Source: Polyangia bacterium | GTDB lineage: Bacteria; Myxococcota_A; Polyangia; Nannocystales; Nannocystaceae | Reading direction: 5' to 3' | Assembly (NCBI GenBank): GCA_030429545.1 | Contig: JAUIFF010000001.1 | Location: 83,599 to 147,598 of the forward strand | DNA: 64,000 nt | Part shown: piece by piece, positions 39,306-49,094 of the stretch | How positions within the stretch are numbered: the stretch's first letter is position 1 | How the letters are laid out: each line of letters starts with the position of its first letter | Notes under the pieces: model-generated | What the model was told of the DNA's origin: nothing | Seen by the model: the letters and a program-made list of their open reading frames with translations, nothing else | Databases searched by the model: none | Program-made: the position numbers and the translations under genes

Positions 39306-40409
39306 CTACTGGCTACCGGTGGCCTTGCGCTTACGTGCACGCATTTCCTGAATCAGCGTGGCGATAAACGTGACAACTGTCAGCGGGACGGCAAACCAGA
39401 CGATCACGTTGGCAAACGTCTCGGTGCTGCCGTGCTCGAGCTCCACCAGCACGCGATAGGTCGTGTAGGCGATGTAGTAGCCGACAAACACGGCTCCCTC
39501 CCACCGCGCGAGTAGGTTGCCGGTGATAAACGGGGGGAGGCAGGCGATTGCGATCGCCAGCATCACCGGCAGGTCAAAGGTCATCACACTGTCCGACACC
39601 GGGAGCTCGATGGGCGAGCACACCGCGGTCAGGCCGAGGACCATCAGAATATTGAAGATGCTGCTGCCAATCGCGTTGCCAACTGCGATGTCGCGTTCGC
39701 CCCGGGCAACCGCGATCACCGAGGTGGCCAATTCCGGAAGCGAGGTACCCACGGCGACCACGGTGAGACCAATGATGAGCTCACTGACGCCAAACATCGT
39801 TGCAAATGCAACGGCTCCGTCGACCAGCCACCCCGAACCGACGACCAACATGACCAAGCCAACCGCGACAAGCCCGAGCTGCTTGGGGATGTTGACCGGC
39901 TTGTCGCCGCTGGTCGTGCTTTCGTCGCCCTCGGCCTGGGCCGCTTCAGGGTGCTTGCGAGTGCTGCGAATCAGCACGTAGGTGTAAAGCAGTAGGCCGG
40001 CAAACAGGATGGCGCCGTCGAGCTTGCCGATCCCGCCGTCGAGCGACATCAGTAGGCACAGGGCGGAGGCGGCGATCATCACCGGGACGTCGAGGCGAAT
40101 GAGCTGGCGCTCGACCATCAGCGGGGCAACGATGGCCGACACGCCGAGGATCATCAAAATGTTGAACAGGTTGCTGCCAATGACGTTGCCAAGGGCAAGC
40201 TCGACGGTGTCGTCACCGGCGATCGCCGAGGTGACAGAGACCGCGAGCTCCGGGGCACTGGTCCCAAAAGCGACAACCGTGAGGCCGATGACGAGTGAGG
40301 AAATGCCAACTTTTTTTGCGATCGTCGAGGCGCCACGAACGAGTAGGTCGGCCCCCACAACGAGGAGGACCAAGCCAATCAGGAAAAGGACGATCGTGAT
40401 CAAATCCAT
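39306..40409 (-). CDS. Ca2+/Na+ antiporter, CaCA (YrbG) family
   Basis: Two alpha-repeats (GTSAPELAVS, GTSLPELATS). About 10 TM helices. Confidence 0.85.
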   Translation of the reverse strand: MDLITIVLFLIGLVLLVVGADLLVRGASTIAKKVGISSLVIGLTVVAFGTSAPELAVSVTSAIAGDDTVELALGNVIGSNLFNILMILGVSAIVAPLMVERQLIRLDVPVMIAASALCLLMSLDGGIGKLDGAILFAGLLLYTYVLIRSTRKHPEAAQAEGDESTTSGDKPVNIPKQLGLVAVGLVMLVVGSGWLVDGAVAFATMFGVSELIIGLTVVAVGTSLPELATSVIAVARGERDIAVGNAIGSSIFNILMVLGLTAVCSPIELPVSDSVMTFDLPVMLAIAIACLPPFITGNLLARWEGAVFVGYYIAYTTYRVLVELEHGSTETFANVIVWFAVPLTVVTFIATLIQEMRARKRKATGSQ

Positions 40410-40661
40410 AGGGGGCAGCCCGCTGATCTTAGGTGTTTGTTGGCCGCGGCGCATCCGTTGGCCAAGGCTCGTAAATGCCAACCGCGCGTGTCTGGCCCGC
40501 GTGCAGTTGCGAGGCTGTGGGGCAATGCCCACGCGCGGGATTGTGGTGACGCTGCCCCTGCGATACCGGGTTGTCGGCGTTCACAAACGCCGCCGACGAC
40601 TGTCAACACAGCTGTCTTGATGGGCAGGTAACCATGGTCTCGCCCGTTCATGGGAGGTGTT

Positions 40662-42335
40662 TCAAGAGGTCGACTCTGGCGCGAATTTAAGGTTGTTGAG
40701 CTCAAAGCGGATTTTAGCGACCAACCACCAGGGGAGGTAAATCCCGAGCGTGAGCGGGATGAGGATCGCCTTGAGAGCGAGGACAAACAGTTGCCCACCA
40801 GTGCCGTTGAACGAGGCAACCCGGGTCCCGGAGGCGAAAGTGAGCCGGGTGTGGCCCCAAAAAAACTTCCGCAGGCTGACACCAAACCACGCGAAGTAGA
40901 TCCCCGCGGTGATCATCGATAGGAACATGCCCTTAAGCGCAGTCACAAACAGCTTGCCACCGGTGCCAGCGAAATCGAGTTGGCCGACGACCTCGCTGTC
41001 GTTTTCGATGACTTGTATATGCGTGTACAACAGTTTTCGCAGCGAGCACTGAAACCATGCCCCATAGATCCCCGCGGTGATGGCCGTGAGTAGGCCTCCG
41101 AGGATCAGCGGGCCGATGAGATCGCCACCGGTAGCGGAAAACCGCAGGCGGTAGCGGGTGCCGTCTCCAGCTGTAAATACAAGGTTGTTGAGCGACCAGC
41201 GGATGATGCCGGCGATGTACCAGGCACCGTATATTCCGGCTGTCAGCGGTACCAGGATGCCCTTGAGCATGAGGACGAACAGTTGGCCGCCGGTCCCCTC
41301 GAACGCCACCGTCATGGGGCCACGCGCGGTGGGTTCGACAACCGTGCGCTCGGCCTCGTAACGCCGCGCTCGGACAGACAGCCACGGCGCGTAGATCCCA
41401 GCTGTCGGGATGCACAGCAGTGCGTGTGGCAGCAGAGTGCGGAGCATCTCCCCGCCGGAACCGCGAAAGTCGACGCCGACAGGTTCCGTACTCGGGGCAG
41501 GTGCCGGGGTCGGAGCCGGGGCCATGCGTTGTTCGGGTGGGGCGATACCTGTGGCTGCAAGCGCAGGGTCGTCGGTCCGTTGCATCGACACACCCCCGAC
41601 AGGTGTTTGTACCCCGACCGGACCGCCGACAAGCGGCGAAGCCGGGGCAGCCGGGGCGGGGTTCGAGACGGCGAGTTTTGGCGCGCTCTCAGAACCGCCG
41701 ACAGGAGTGATACTCGCGGGGTCCTTTGTAGTTACATCTGGTTGCGGGGTGGCACTTGGCGTCGCTGCGTCACCCATCGGTGGGCGCACGCCACCCCCGG
41801 GCGGAGGAGCTCCACCCATCGGCGGACGCATGCCACCCCCGGGCGGGGGAGCACCACCCATCGGCGGACGCATGCCACCCCCGGGCGGGGGAGCACCACC
41901 CATCGGCGGACGCATGCCACCCCCGGGCGGGGGAGCACCACCCATCGGCATCCCACCCATCGACGGAGCTCCAAGTCCAATCATTGTTCTGCCGCCACCA
42001 AATGCTTGGCTCGGCCCTTTGATCTCACGTACGACCAGGGTTGTTTGGCCACATATAAAGGCCTGCCCCGGGTTCACAGCAAACTGTGGTGTGCGCGCGC
42101 CATTGAAGATCACGCCGTTGGTGCTGCCTAGGTCCTTGACGGTGAGCTTGCCATTGACGAACTGCAACTCGGCATGCCGTCCCGAGGACTGATTGTCGCC
42201 TAAGACAATATCCCCGGACTCACGGCCAATCACGACGAGCCGCTCGGTGAACTTCCGTGTTTCAGCAGGTTTATCGGAATATTTGATTTCGAGGACGTAG
42301 TACGACTCGGACACGCAGCGCCTCCACTTGAGCAC
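40662..42335 (-). CDS. FHA domain protein fused to Pro/Gly-rich repeats and a C-terminal DUF898 (YjgN-like) membrane repeat domain
   Basis: N-terminal FHA (GRESGDIVL...SSGRHAEL...STNGVIFNG). (GGAPPPGGGMRPPM)x4. Four copies of the F.GTGG.LF....LKG......TAGIY..W membrane repeat. Confidence 0.7.
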   Translation of the reverse strand: MLKWRRCVSESYYVLEIKYSDKPAETRKFTERLVVIGRESGDIVLGDNQSSGRHAELQFVNGKLTVKDLGSTNGVIFNGARTPQFAVNPGQAFICGQTTLVVREIKGPSQAFGGGRTMIGLGAPSMGGMPMGGAPPPGGGMRPPMGGAPPPGGGMRPPMGGAPPPGGGMRPPMGGAPPPGGGVRPPMGDAATPSATPQPDVTTKDPASITPVGGSESAPKLAVSNPAPAAPASPLVGGPVGVQTPVGGVSMQRTDDPALAATGIAPPEQRMAPAPTPAPAPSTEPVGVDFRGSGGEMLRTLLPHALLCIPTAGIYAPWLSVRARRYEAERTVVEPTARGPMTVAFEGTGGQLFVLMLKGILVPLTAGIYGAWYIAGIIRWSLNNLVFTAGDGTRYRLRFSATGGDLIGPLILGGLLTAITAGIYGAWFQCSLRKLLYTHIQVIENDSEVVGQLDFAGTGGKLFVTALKGMFLSMITAGIYFAWFGVSLRKFFWGHTRLTFASGTRVASFNGTGGQLFVLALKAILIPLTLGIYLPWWLVAKIRFELNNLKFAPESTS

Positions 42336-42572
42336 CCGAGTCTCCCAACCGCGGGCGACTCGCGCAAGCGGTGTATCGCGTTCGATACCGTGCCCTGAGG
42401 ACGAAGATTTGCTTGTCTGTGCACACAGTCGCGCGCAGAGGTCGAAATCTCGCGACGCGAATCAGTTGTAAACCTGCGCAACTGTTGAGTTGTTGCTGAG
42501 TGCATCGAGCAAGCCGCTCAACGCGTTGGCGTGCTCGCCAGGTTGAGCGGCCGTTTCGAGCAAGCCGGTTGT

Positions 42573-43863
42573 CTACTGCGGCACGACCGTGTCACAGCCA
42601 AACTGGACGTTGATCTCACCATTTTCCTCGCCCTGGACCTTGGCGCAGGTTGCATCGCAAAGGACGATCTTCGTCGGATTTTGCTCGTCGTCGTAGTACC
42701 AGCCGTCGGGGACGTCCATGCACTGTTCGGGGCCCTCGACCTTGGGAAACACCTCTTCCATGCCGTTGTAGTCAAACTGGACATTGACCTTGCCGAAATC
42801 GATGTCCTCGCCCATTGGCTCGGGGATCTCGAATTCGCAGGGGATGGGCGCGCTGTCGACAACCTCGGTCGAAAGCTCGTTGAAGATCGGGGTGAAGTCC
42901 TGGTCGCACAGGTCGCCAAACAGGCCGCCGGTCATGGCGATCAGGTCGAGGTACACATCGCCCTTATCTGCCGTGAGAGCACAGCAGACGGCATTCTGCG
43001 CACATTCGAGGATGTCGCCCGAGTCGATTTCGGAGACGATCGCGTGGAACCGGTAGCTTTCGTACTCGGGGCCAAACGCCTTGAACGCGTTGTGGAAGGC
43101 ATTGGCACCCATGCTCGCGTTGTCGTCGGAGACCACCACAACGTGCTTGAGCCCGTCGGGGCGCATGGAGTCTTTCCACAGGTCGTGGGTGTTGAGAACC
43201 TTGTCGAGGGCGTTGTTGCTGCCGACCCCCTCATTGACATGTAGATACACCGGCTCGTTGGAGTCGGCCGGGCACATCCCGGAGCCGAGCGGCGCGGCGA
43301 TACAGACCTCGCCCGGGTCGGCGATCACGACCACGTGGGCATCGGTTGATGATCGTCGATGAGAACGCATTCATGTTGTTCTTCACCGAGCTGATCTCGA
43401 TATCCATGCTGCCCGAGGTATCGAGGGCAAAGATGATGTCGGCCGGTAGCGGTTTGAGCTCGGCCGACTCTGAGATCGCGGCACACTCCTCGCCGGTGTC
43501 GGAATCGGAGTCGGTTGGATCGCCGGTGGTTGGATTGCCAGTGGTGGGATCGTCAGTCGGGTCGCCCGTCGTCGGGTCGTCGGTGGTCGGTTCATCGGTC
43601 GGGTCGCCGGTGGTCGGATCACCGGTGGCATCGGTTGCATCGGTGGAGGCATCGCCCGAACTACCGTCGGTGCCGGCCTCGGTCTCCTCGCCGGTCTCCG
43701 TCTCCGTGTCGTCGCCCGTTTCAGAGGTTGTTGTCAGGGTTGTCAGGCCCTGGCTCGCCGATGTGATCTGTCCCTGGGTGTCGGTGTCGCGGCCATCGCC
43801 GTCTCCACAGGCAGTCAGTAAAACAATGGCACTTCCGAATGCGATAACACGTTGCATCTGCAC
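42573..43863 (-). pseudogene. VWA-domain lipoprotein gene interrupted by a frameshift near 43370
   Basis: ORF 43231-43863 (signal, lipobox LLTACG, MIDAS motif DTSGSM) continues in another frame as ORF 42573-43370 (...AHVVVIADPGE... remainder of the VWA fold). Confidence 0.5.
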
Positions 43864-44192
43864 GCTCCTCAGATCGATAGATTGCTATTACAACGGTCTA
43901 CATTGACTGACAACTGTGCGGTTGCAGGTGTACGTCGTTGATTCGTGGTTAATGTCACCTCTGCTGCGTTGCATGCGCAACGATGTAAAGTGCGTTCTTT
44001 TCGCGGGAACATCGTTGCAGACACAAAAAACTTCATGCGCATACATCGCACTTGGCGAAGCACACGAGAGACCTCTTCGCAAACCCTGGCTTGGACGTGG
44101 GACTTCGCCAAACCCCGGCGACTTGCGTCGTGCCCCGTATACTCGCTACCACTAGCCAAGAACTGTCGTCAGTACGACATGGCAACCACTTT

Positions 44193-46040
44193 ATGAGCAC
44201 CTCTTCGATGACCCGCGACGTTGCGCCGACGATACCCGTCGACCAGGGGACGGGCCGTTTAAGGGTCACGGGAAGTGGGCCGTGGGGTAGTGAAAGGGCC
44301 CACGCGGTGCCGACGCCCCTGCGCGAGCGACCGGGTCTGTACGAACGCAAGCCCTGGCTGCCGCCGGACCTCAGCGGGCAGATCCTCAACAACTACCGCG
44401 TGATTGAGCAAATCGGTTGTGGGGGGATGGCCACAGTCTTCCGCGCCGAACACATCGAGATTCAAAAAATCGTGGCGATCAAAGTGTTGCAGCCGCGGTT
44501 TGCCCGCAACCCCGAAAGTGCGTCGCAGTTTCGCAAGGAGGCCCAGGCTGTTTGCAACCTCCGGCACGAGCATCTGGTTGAGGTTTGGGACTACGGTCGC
44601 ACACCCGACCAGCTCGTCTACTACATCCTCGAGTACCTCGACGGCCAGGACCTTGCAGATACACTGGCTCAAGAAGGTCCGCTGCCGTGGCCGCGGGTGA
44701 TCTCGATCGCCAAACAAATCTGTCTGGCACTCCAGGCCGCCCACGAACGCGACATTATCCACCGCGATATCAAGCCTGCGAACTGCTTTCGCATTCGCCA
44801 CAAGGACAATCCCGACTTCATCAAGGTGTTGGACTTTGGGATTGCGATCACCGCGATCGAAGCCGGTGCCGGTGGTGGTCCGCGGATGGGCACGCCCGGG
44901 TATATCGCCCCCGAACTCAACAGCGGGCAGGGCTACGACAACCGTGTCGATATCTACTCGCTCGGCGTCTTGATGCACGAGTTGTTGACGGGACAACTGC
45001 CCGAACGACCGGCGGAGAGTGTGCTCGATGCCCACGGCCAGGAGGGGCGCACCCGGTGTGCAGCGTCGATGGTGCAGGCGCTCGATGAGGACATCGAAGT
45101 TCCAGCGCCGCTCGAGATGATCATCCTCCACGCGATGGCCCACGACCCGGACAAGCGGTTTCGCAGTGCGCAGAAACTCTACGAAGCGCTCGAGGATGCC
45201 GAAAACTACCTGCGGACGACGCCACAGCCCGACATGCGGGCGACCCTGCCGACAGCGACGGCCTCGAGTTCACACAGCATGGCGGAACTCGGGGCTGCGG
45301 TTTCTGGGGCCGCGCATTCCCAGGTTTCCGTTGTATCAACAAATAGCCGCTTGGCGATCCTCGTCGTCGTCGTCATCACCCTCGCGGTTGTTGCGATTGG
45401 CCAGTTGCTGGTGCGCGAGAGCGGGGCGCTGCGTACCGAAGAAAAAGTTGTGCCTGCAACTTCTCCAGAGCCGACGCACGACGAGGTGACGCCAGCGCCC
45501 AACCAGCTGCCATCCCGGTCTGAAGTGGTGCCGAGCGCAGTTGAATCCGGGGGTCGTTCGTTCGCCGCGGAGGGGGCCCCCGAGACGGATGCAACGAGCG
45601 CGGCCGAGCCGGATGCAGCGAGCGCGGACGAGACGGATGCCGCGCGTGCGGCCGAGCTGGGAGCCTCGGGCCAGGCCGAGTCTGAAGCGAGCCAGGCCGT
45701 GCGAGTGAGCCCAAAGTCAAAAAAAGCTCCAGCACAAAATGCCAACTCCGAAGCCTCTGTGCCACAGATCACCGAGCTCTCGCGCAAGTCCATGCGCAAG
45801 GCAATTCGTCGGCAGCGGGCGAGCCTCGAGGCATGTGTGGAAAAATTCGGGGGGCTGACAGGCCGTCGAAGTGCCCGGGTTGTGGTGTCCCCAACCGGCT
45901 TTGTCCGCTCGGTCGACAAGCTCGGGGGCATGTCTGTGTTGTCGGATTGCTGCGAGAAAGCCCTTCGCAAGATGCGATTTCCAAAGTCCCGGGATGGGGG
46001 CGTCCACACGGTACCGATCTTGCCGCTCGACGACCTCTAG
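44193..46040 (+). CDS. Hanks-type Ser/Thr protein kinase with TM segment and C-terminal periplasmic TonB-C-like domain
   Basis: GCGGMATVF...AIK, HRDIKPAN, DFG, APE motifs. TM helix LAILVVVVITLAVVAI. C-terminal ~90-aa domain reminiscent of TonB-C. Confidence 0.85.
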   Translation: MSTSSMTRDVAPTIPVDQGTGRLRVTGSGPWGSERAHAVPTPLRERPGLYERKPWLPPDLSGQILNNYRVIEQIGCGGMATVFRAEHIEIQKIVAIKVLQPRFARNPESASQFRKEAQAVCNLRHEHLVEVWDYGRTPDQLVYYILEYLDGQDLADTLAQEGPLPWPRVISIAKQICLALQAAHERDIIHRDIKPANCFRIRHKDNPDFIKVLDFGIAITAIEAGAGGGPRMGTPGYIAPELNSGQGYDNRVDIYSLGVLMHELLTGQLPERPAESVLDAHGQEGRTRCAASMVQALDEDIEVPAPLEMIILHAMAHDPDKRFRSAQKLYEALEDAENYLRTTPQPDMRATLPTATASSSHSMAELGAAVSGAAHSQVSVVSTNSRLAILVVVVITLAVVAIGQLLVRESGALRTEEKVVPATSPEPTHDEVTPAPNQLPSRSEVVPSAVESGGRSFAAEGAPETDATSAAEPDAASADETDAARAAELGASGQAESEASQAVRVSPKSKKAPAQNANSEASVPQITELSRKSMRKAIRRQRASLEACVEKFGGLTGRRSARVVVSPTGFVRSVDKLGGMSVLSDCCEKALRKMRFPKSRDGGVHTVPILPLDDL

Positions 46041-46169
46041 TCGCTCGATAGCGAGAACTTGTGTGCAGGTACACAAGCTGGTGTTCATAAACCTGTCGGC
46101 GTGAGGCCGCATGGGAAGCTCACAGCGCGGCGTTTGGGTGTACGTCGCTCACGTCGTAGCCTCAGCGCG

Positions 46170-47228
46170 ATGCCTGGTTTGACGATTATTGGCACGGGTC
46201 ACTATGTCCCCGGCGATCCGGTGACAAACGACGACCTCAAACGTGTGATGGATACCGACGATGCCTGGATTCGTCAGCGAACTGGGATTCACCAGCGTTA
46301 CTACGCCCCCGAAGGTGTGGGTAGCAGTGAGCTAGGCGCCAAGGCTTCGGCGTTGGCCATCGAAGCCGCTGGCATCGACCCCAAGGAAATCGACTACATC
46401 GTTGCGGCGACCATGACCGCCGACTATGTGTTCCCTGGAATTGGCGGCCAGGTTGCGGAGAAACTCGGCCTCGGCTGGATCCCGGCGCTCGACATTCGCC
46501 AGCAGTGTGCGGCGATTCCCTATGCGATCCAGGTGGCCGACGCACTCGCAACCGCCGGGGCGGCCTCGACTGTCCTGGTGGTTGGTGCCGATGCCCATGC
46601 CGGGTTTATGCCGTGGACCGACTGGGACGTTGTCTACGGCAAGACTGAGCGGAAGGTGTCCCCAGAGGCATATGCCCGTGCGACCGCCCATCGCGGGCTC
46701 GCCGTGTTGTTCGGCGACGGGGCGGGGGCCATGATTCTGCGCAAGTCACCGACGCCGGGCCACGGGTTTATGTCGGCCGACCTCCACACCGATGGCGCGT
46801 TGGCGGAGGGGATTTACATCCCCGGCGGAAGCTTTCTCAACCGGCCCTATTGGACCCCGGAGATGTACGAGCGGCAGGAGCAGGTACCCCGCATGAACGG
46901 GCGCGAACTGTTTAAAAGTGCCGTCAAACGGCTTCCCGTTTCGGTTCGCAAGCTCTGCAAGCGCCATGGCGTCACCCTCGATGACATCGATTGGTTTATC
47001 GCCCACCAGGCCAACGACCGGATCAACGCTGCAGTGCGTGATGCACTCAAAATTCCGGCCGAAAAAGTCCCCTCCAACATTGCCCGGTTCGGCAACACCT
47101 CGGCCGGGACCATCGGGATTTTGATGGACGAGATGGTGCGCGACGGAAGGATCCAGCGTGGTCAGCTGCTGTGCCTGTTTGCCCTCGGGGCCGGGCTCAA
47201 CTGGGGCGCGCTGCTGATGCGGTACTAG
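46170..47228 (+). CDS. 3-oxoacyl-ACP synthase III (FabH/KAS III family)
   Basis: Catalytic Cys (ALDIRQQCAA), HQANDRIN, and FGNTSAGTI motifs (Cys-His-Asn triad). Confidence 0.8.
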   Translation: MPGLTIIGTGHYVPGDPVTNDDLKRVMDTDDAWIRQRTGIHQRYYAPEGVGSSELGAKASALAIEAAGIDPKEIDYIVAATMTADYVFPGIGGQVAEKLGLGWIPALDIRQQCAAIPYAIQVADALATAGAASTVLVVGADAHAGFMPWTDWDVVYGKTERKVSPEAYARATAHRGLAVLFGDGAGAMILRKSPTPGHGFMSADLHTDGALAEGIYIPGGSFLNRPYWTPEMYERQEQVPRMNGRELFKSAVKRLPVSVRKLCKRHGVTLDDIDWFIAHQANDRINAAVRDALKIPAEKVPSNIARFGNTSAGTIGILMDEMVRDGRIQRGQLLCLFALGAGLNWGALLMRY

Positions 47229-47270
47229 CAAGTAGGTGTGGATACATCTATCTCGCGAAAGCCGGCGCGC

Positions 47271-48899
47271 CTACTTGGCGTTTTTGAGGAACGTCCGGCG
47301 GTAACGGGCGATGCCCTGGGTCGGACCACAGACATAGATGGTGTCGTCGGGCTGAATCGAGAACGCATCATCGAACTCGAGCACCGTCTCCTCGCCACGC
47401 TCGATCGCCACGATCGAGCACCCGGTACGCCGCTGAACCCGGGCGCCAGTGGGGCTGTGACCGGCGAGCGAGCCCGCCTTGAGTTTGACGACTTTGATCC
47501 GGGTTTCGATGGCGACCGCACTCTCTTTGAGGAGGTGGTGGGACAGCATTTGGCCCGCGACATGACTGAGTGACAGGGCAAAGTCTGCACCGGCGCCGTG
47601 GATCCGGTTGACGTTTTCCCCGCGGTTGACCCGGGCGATCAAAACAGCCTCGGGCGAGAGTCCGCGGATGATCGAGATTGCAAACAGGGTGGCGCTGTCG
47701 CTGCTGAGGGCGACAATTACGGCCCGGGCTTCGACAATCCCGGCCTTCTCGAGCACGGCATGGTCGAGGGCGTCGCCGACAAAATCGACTCCCTCCCCCT
47801 CATCGCGATTGATCACCCGGGTTTCTTCGCCGGCATCGTGCAGCAGCTCGACCACCTTGCGCCCGACTTCGCCATAGCCGACCACCACAATTGGCCCCTT
47901 GCTCGGCAGGGGGCGGGCGAGGTCGGCGAGTTTTTTGAGTCGCTCGGGGCTGCCGATCGCGACAATAATTGTACCTGCAACGAGTCGATCCGAGGCCTGG
48001 GGTTGGGCCGAAAACTCTCCGCCTTGCCAAAAGCCGATGATGGTCGCGCCGGTTGTCCGCCGGAGGTTGACTTCGGCCAGGGTTTTGCCTGCCAGCGTAC
48101 TTTCGCGGTGGATTCGCAATTCGGCGACATCGAGGTGGCTACTGAGCTGGCGAATACCCGCGACCCGCGGGGTAATGCGTTCACTGGCCCGGGCTGCCAG
48201 GGCGGCGGCGAGGATATGCTGCGGCGTAAACACAACATTGGCACCGGCCCGGGTCATGGGGTGGCGGTGAAACGGATCTCTTGCAAGTGCAAGTATCTCA
48301 CCCTTAAAGCCAAATTGCCGGGCCGCGATGATCACCGCGCCATTGTCGTGGTCGGTACCGTTGGCGACAATGACACGACTGCGTTTGATCACCTCGGGTT
48401 CGGGGTCGCCGTCTTCGAGCCGGCCGTAGACAACTCGCACGCCGCGGTCGACGAGCCGCCGGGTTGTCGCCTCATCCTCCTCAAACACGACAGCCGGGAC
48501 CTTGGCCGCCTGCAGGCTGTCGAGCAGGGTCGCAACCGCCGGGCCCCAGCGATAGATCAGCACGTAGTTGCGCAGTTTGGGTATTTTGCGTGGCATTCGG
48601 CCCGAGAGGGTGTCCTCGAGCACCGGTACCAAATAAAGTGGTAATACAAAGAAAACCATCGACACACCCAAGAACTGGGCGAAGATCACCAGCAGCACCA
48701 TGGCCGGGTGGTGCCACTCGGCATCGGCTCCGTAGCCGGTGGATGTCAGGGTTTCTGACGCCCATTCGAGGCTCGACCAGAAGTCGCGCGGCCGGCCCTC
48801 GAGGTGGGTCATGCCGAGGCTGTAGATGAGCGCAAAGCCGACAACCACGATAGGCAGGATCAGGATGACCGGGCGCAGGCGTCGGAAGGTCGACGACAT
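47271..48899 (-). CDS. potassium channel with two RCK (TrkA-N/TrkA-C) domains
   Basis: Selectivity filter TLTSTGYGAD. Two TM helices. Rossmann GYGEVG and IVANGTDHDN RCK domains. Start may instead be 48980. Confidence 0.8.
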   Translation of the reverse strand: MSSTFRRLRPVILILPIVVVGFALIYSLGMTHLEGRPRDFWSSLEWASETLTSTGYGADAEWHHPAMVLLVIFAQFLGVSMVFFVLPLYLVPVLEDTLSGRMPRKIPKLRNYVLIYRWGPAVATLLDSLQAAKVPAVVFEEDEATTRRLVDRGVRVVYGRLEDGDPEPEVIKRSRVIVANGTDHDNGAVIIAARQFGFKGEILALARDPFHRHPMTRAGANVVFTPQHILAAALAARASERITPRVAGIRQLSSHLDVAELRIHRESTLAGKTLAEVNLRRTTGATIIGFWQGGEFSAQPQASDRLVAGTIIVAIGSPERLKKLADLARPLPSKGPIVVVGYGEVGRKVVELLHDAGEETRVINRDEGEGVDFVGDALDHAVLEKAGIVEARAVIVALSSDSATLFAISIIRGLSPEAVLIARVNRGENVNRIHGAGADFALSLSHVAGQMLSHHLLKESAVAIETRIKVVKLKAGSLAGHSPTGARVQRRTGCSIVAIERGEETVLEFDDAFSIQPDDTIYVCGPTQGIARYRRTFLKNAK

Positions 48900-49094
48900 G
48901 TCGCGGATTGTAACAGCTCGCACGGCGATGCCTGCCGCGATAGCCCCGGGTGGCGGGGCAAATTTGCGAGGGCCGGACACACCGTCTATGGTCGGACCGT
49001 TGGCAAGCGCACGGATCGGTGAAGGTCCGGTGCTCCCGCCCAGTTCGAGCCGGGAGGGGCCTCAAAATATATGCAAATACATGATTTTCGCCAA

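Noticed and set aside
44259-45143. Minus-strand ORF antisense to the Ser/Thr kinase
   Set aside because: Overlaps conserved kinase motifs on the opposite strand. No recognisable domains.
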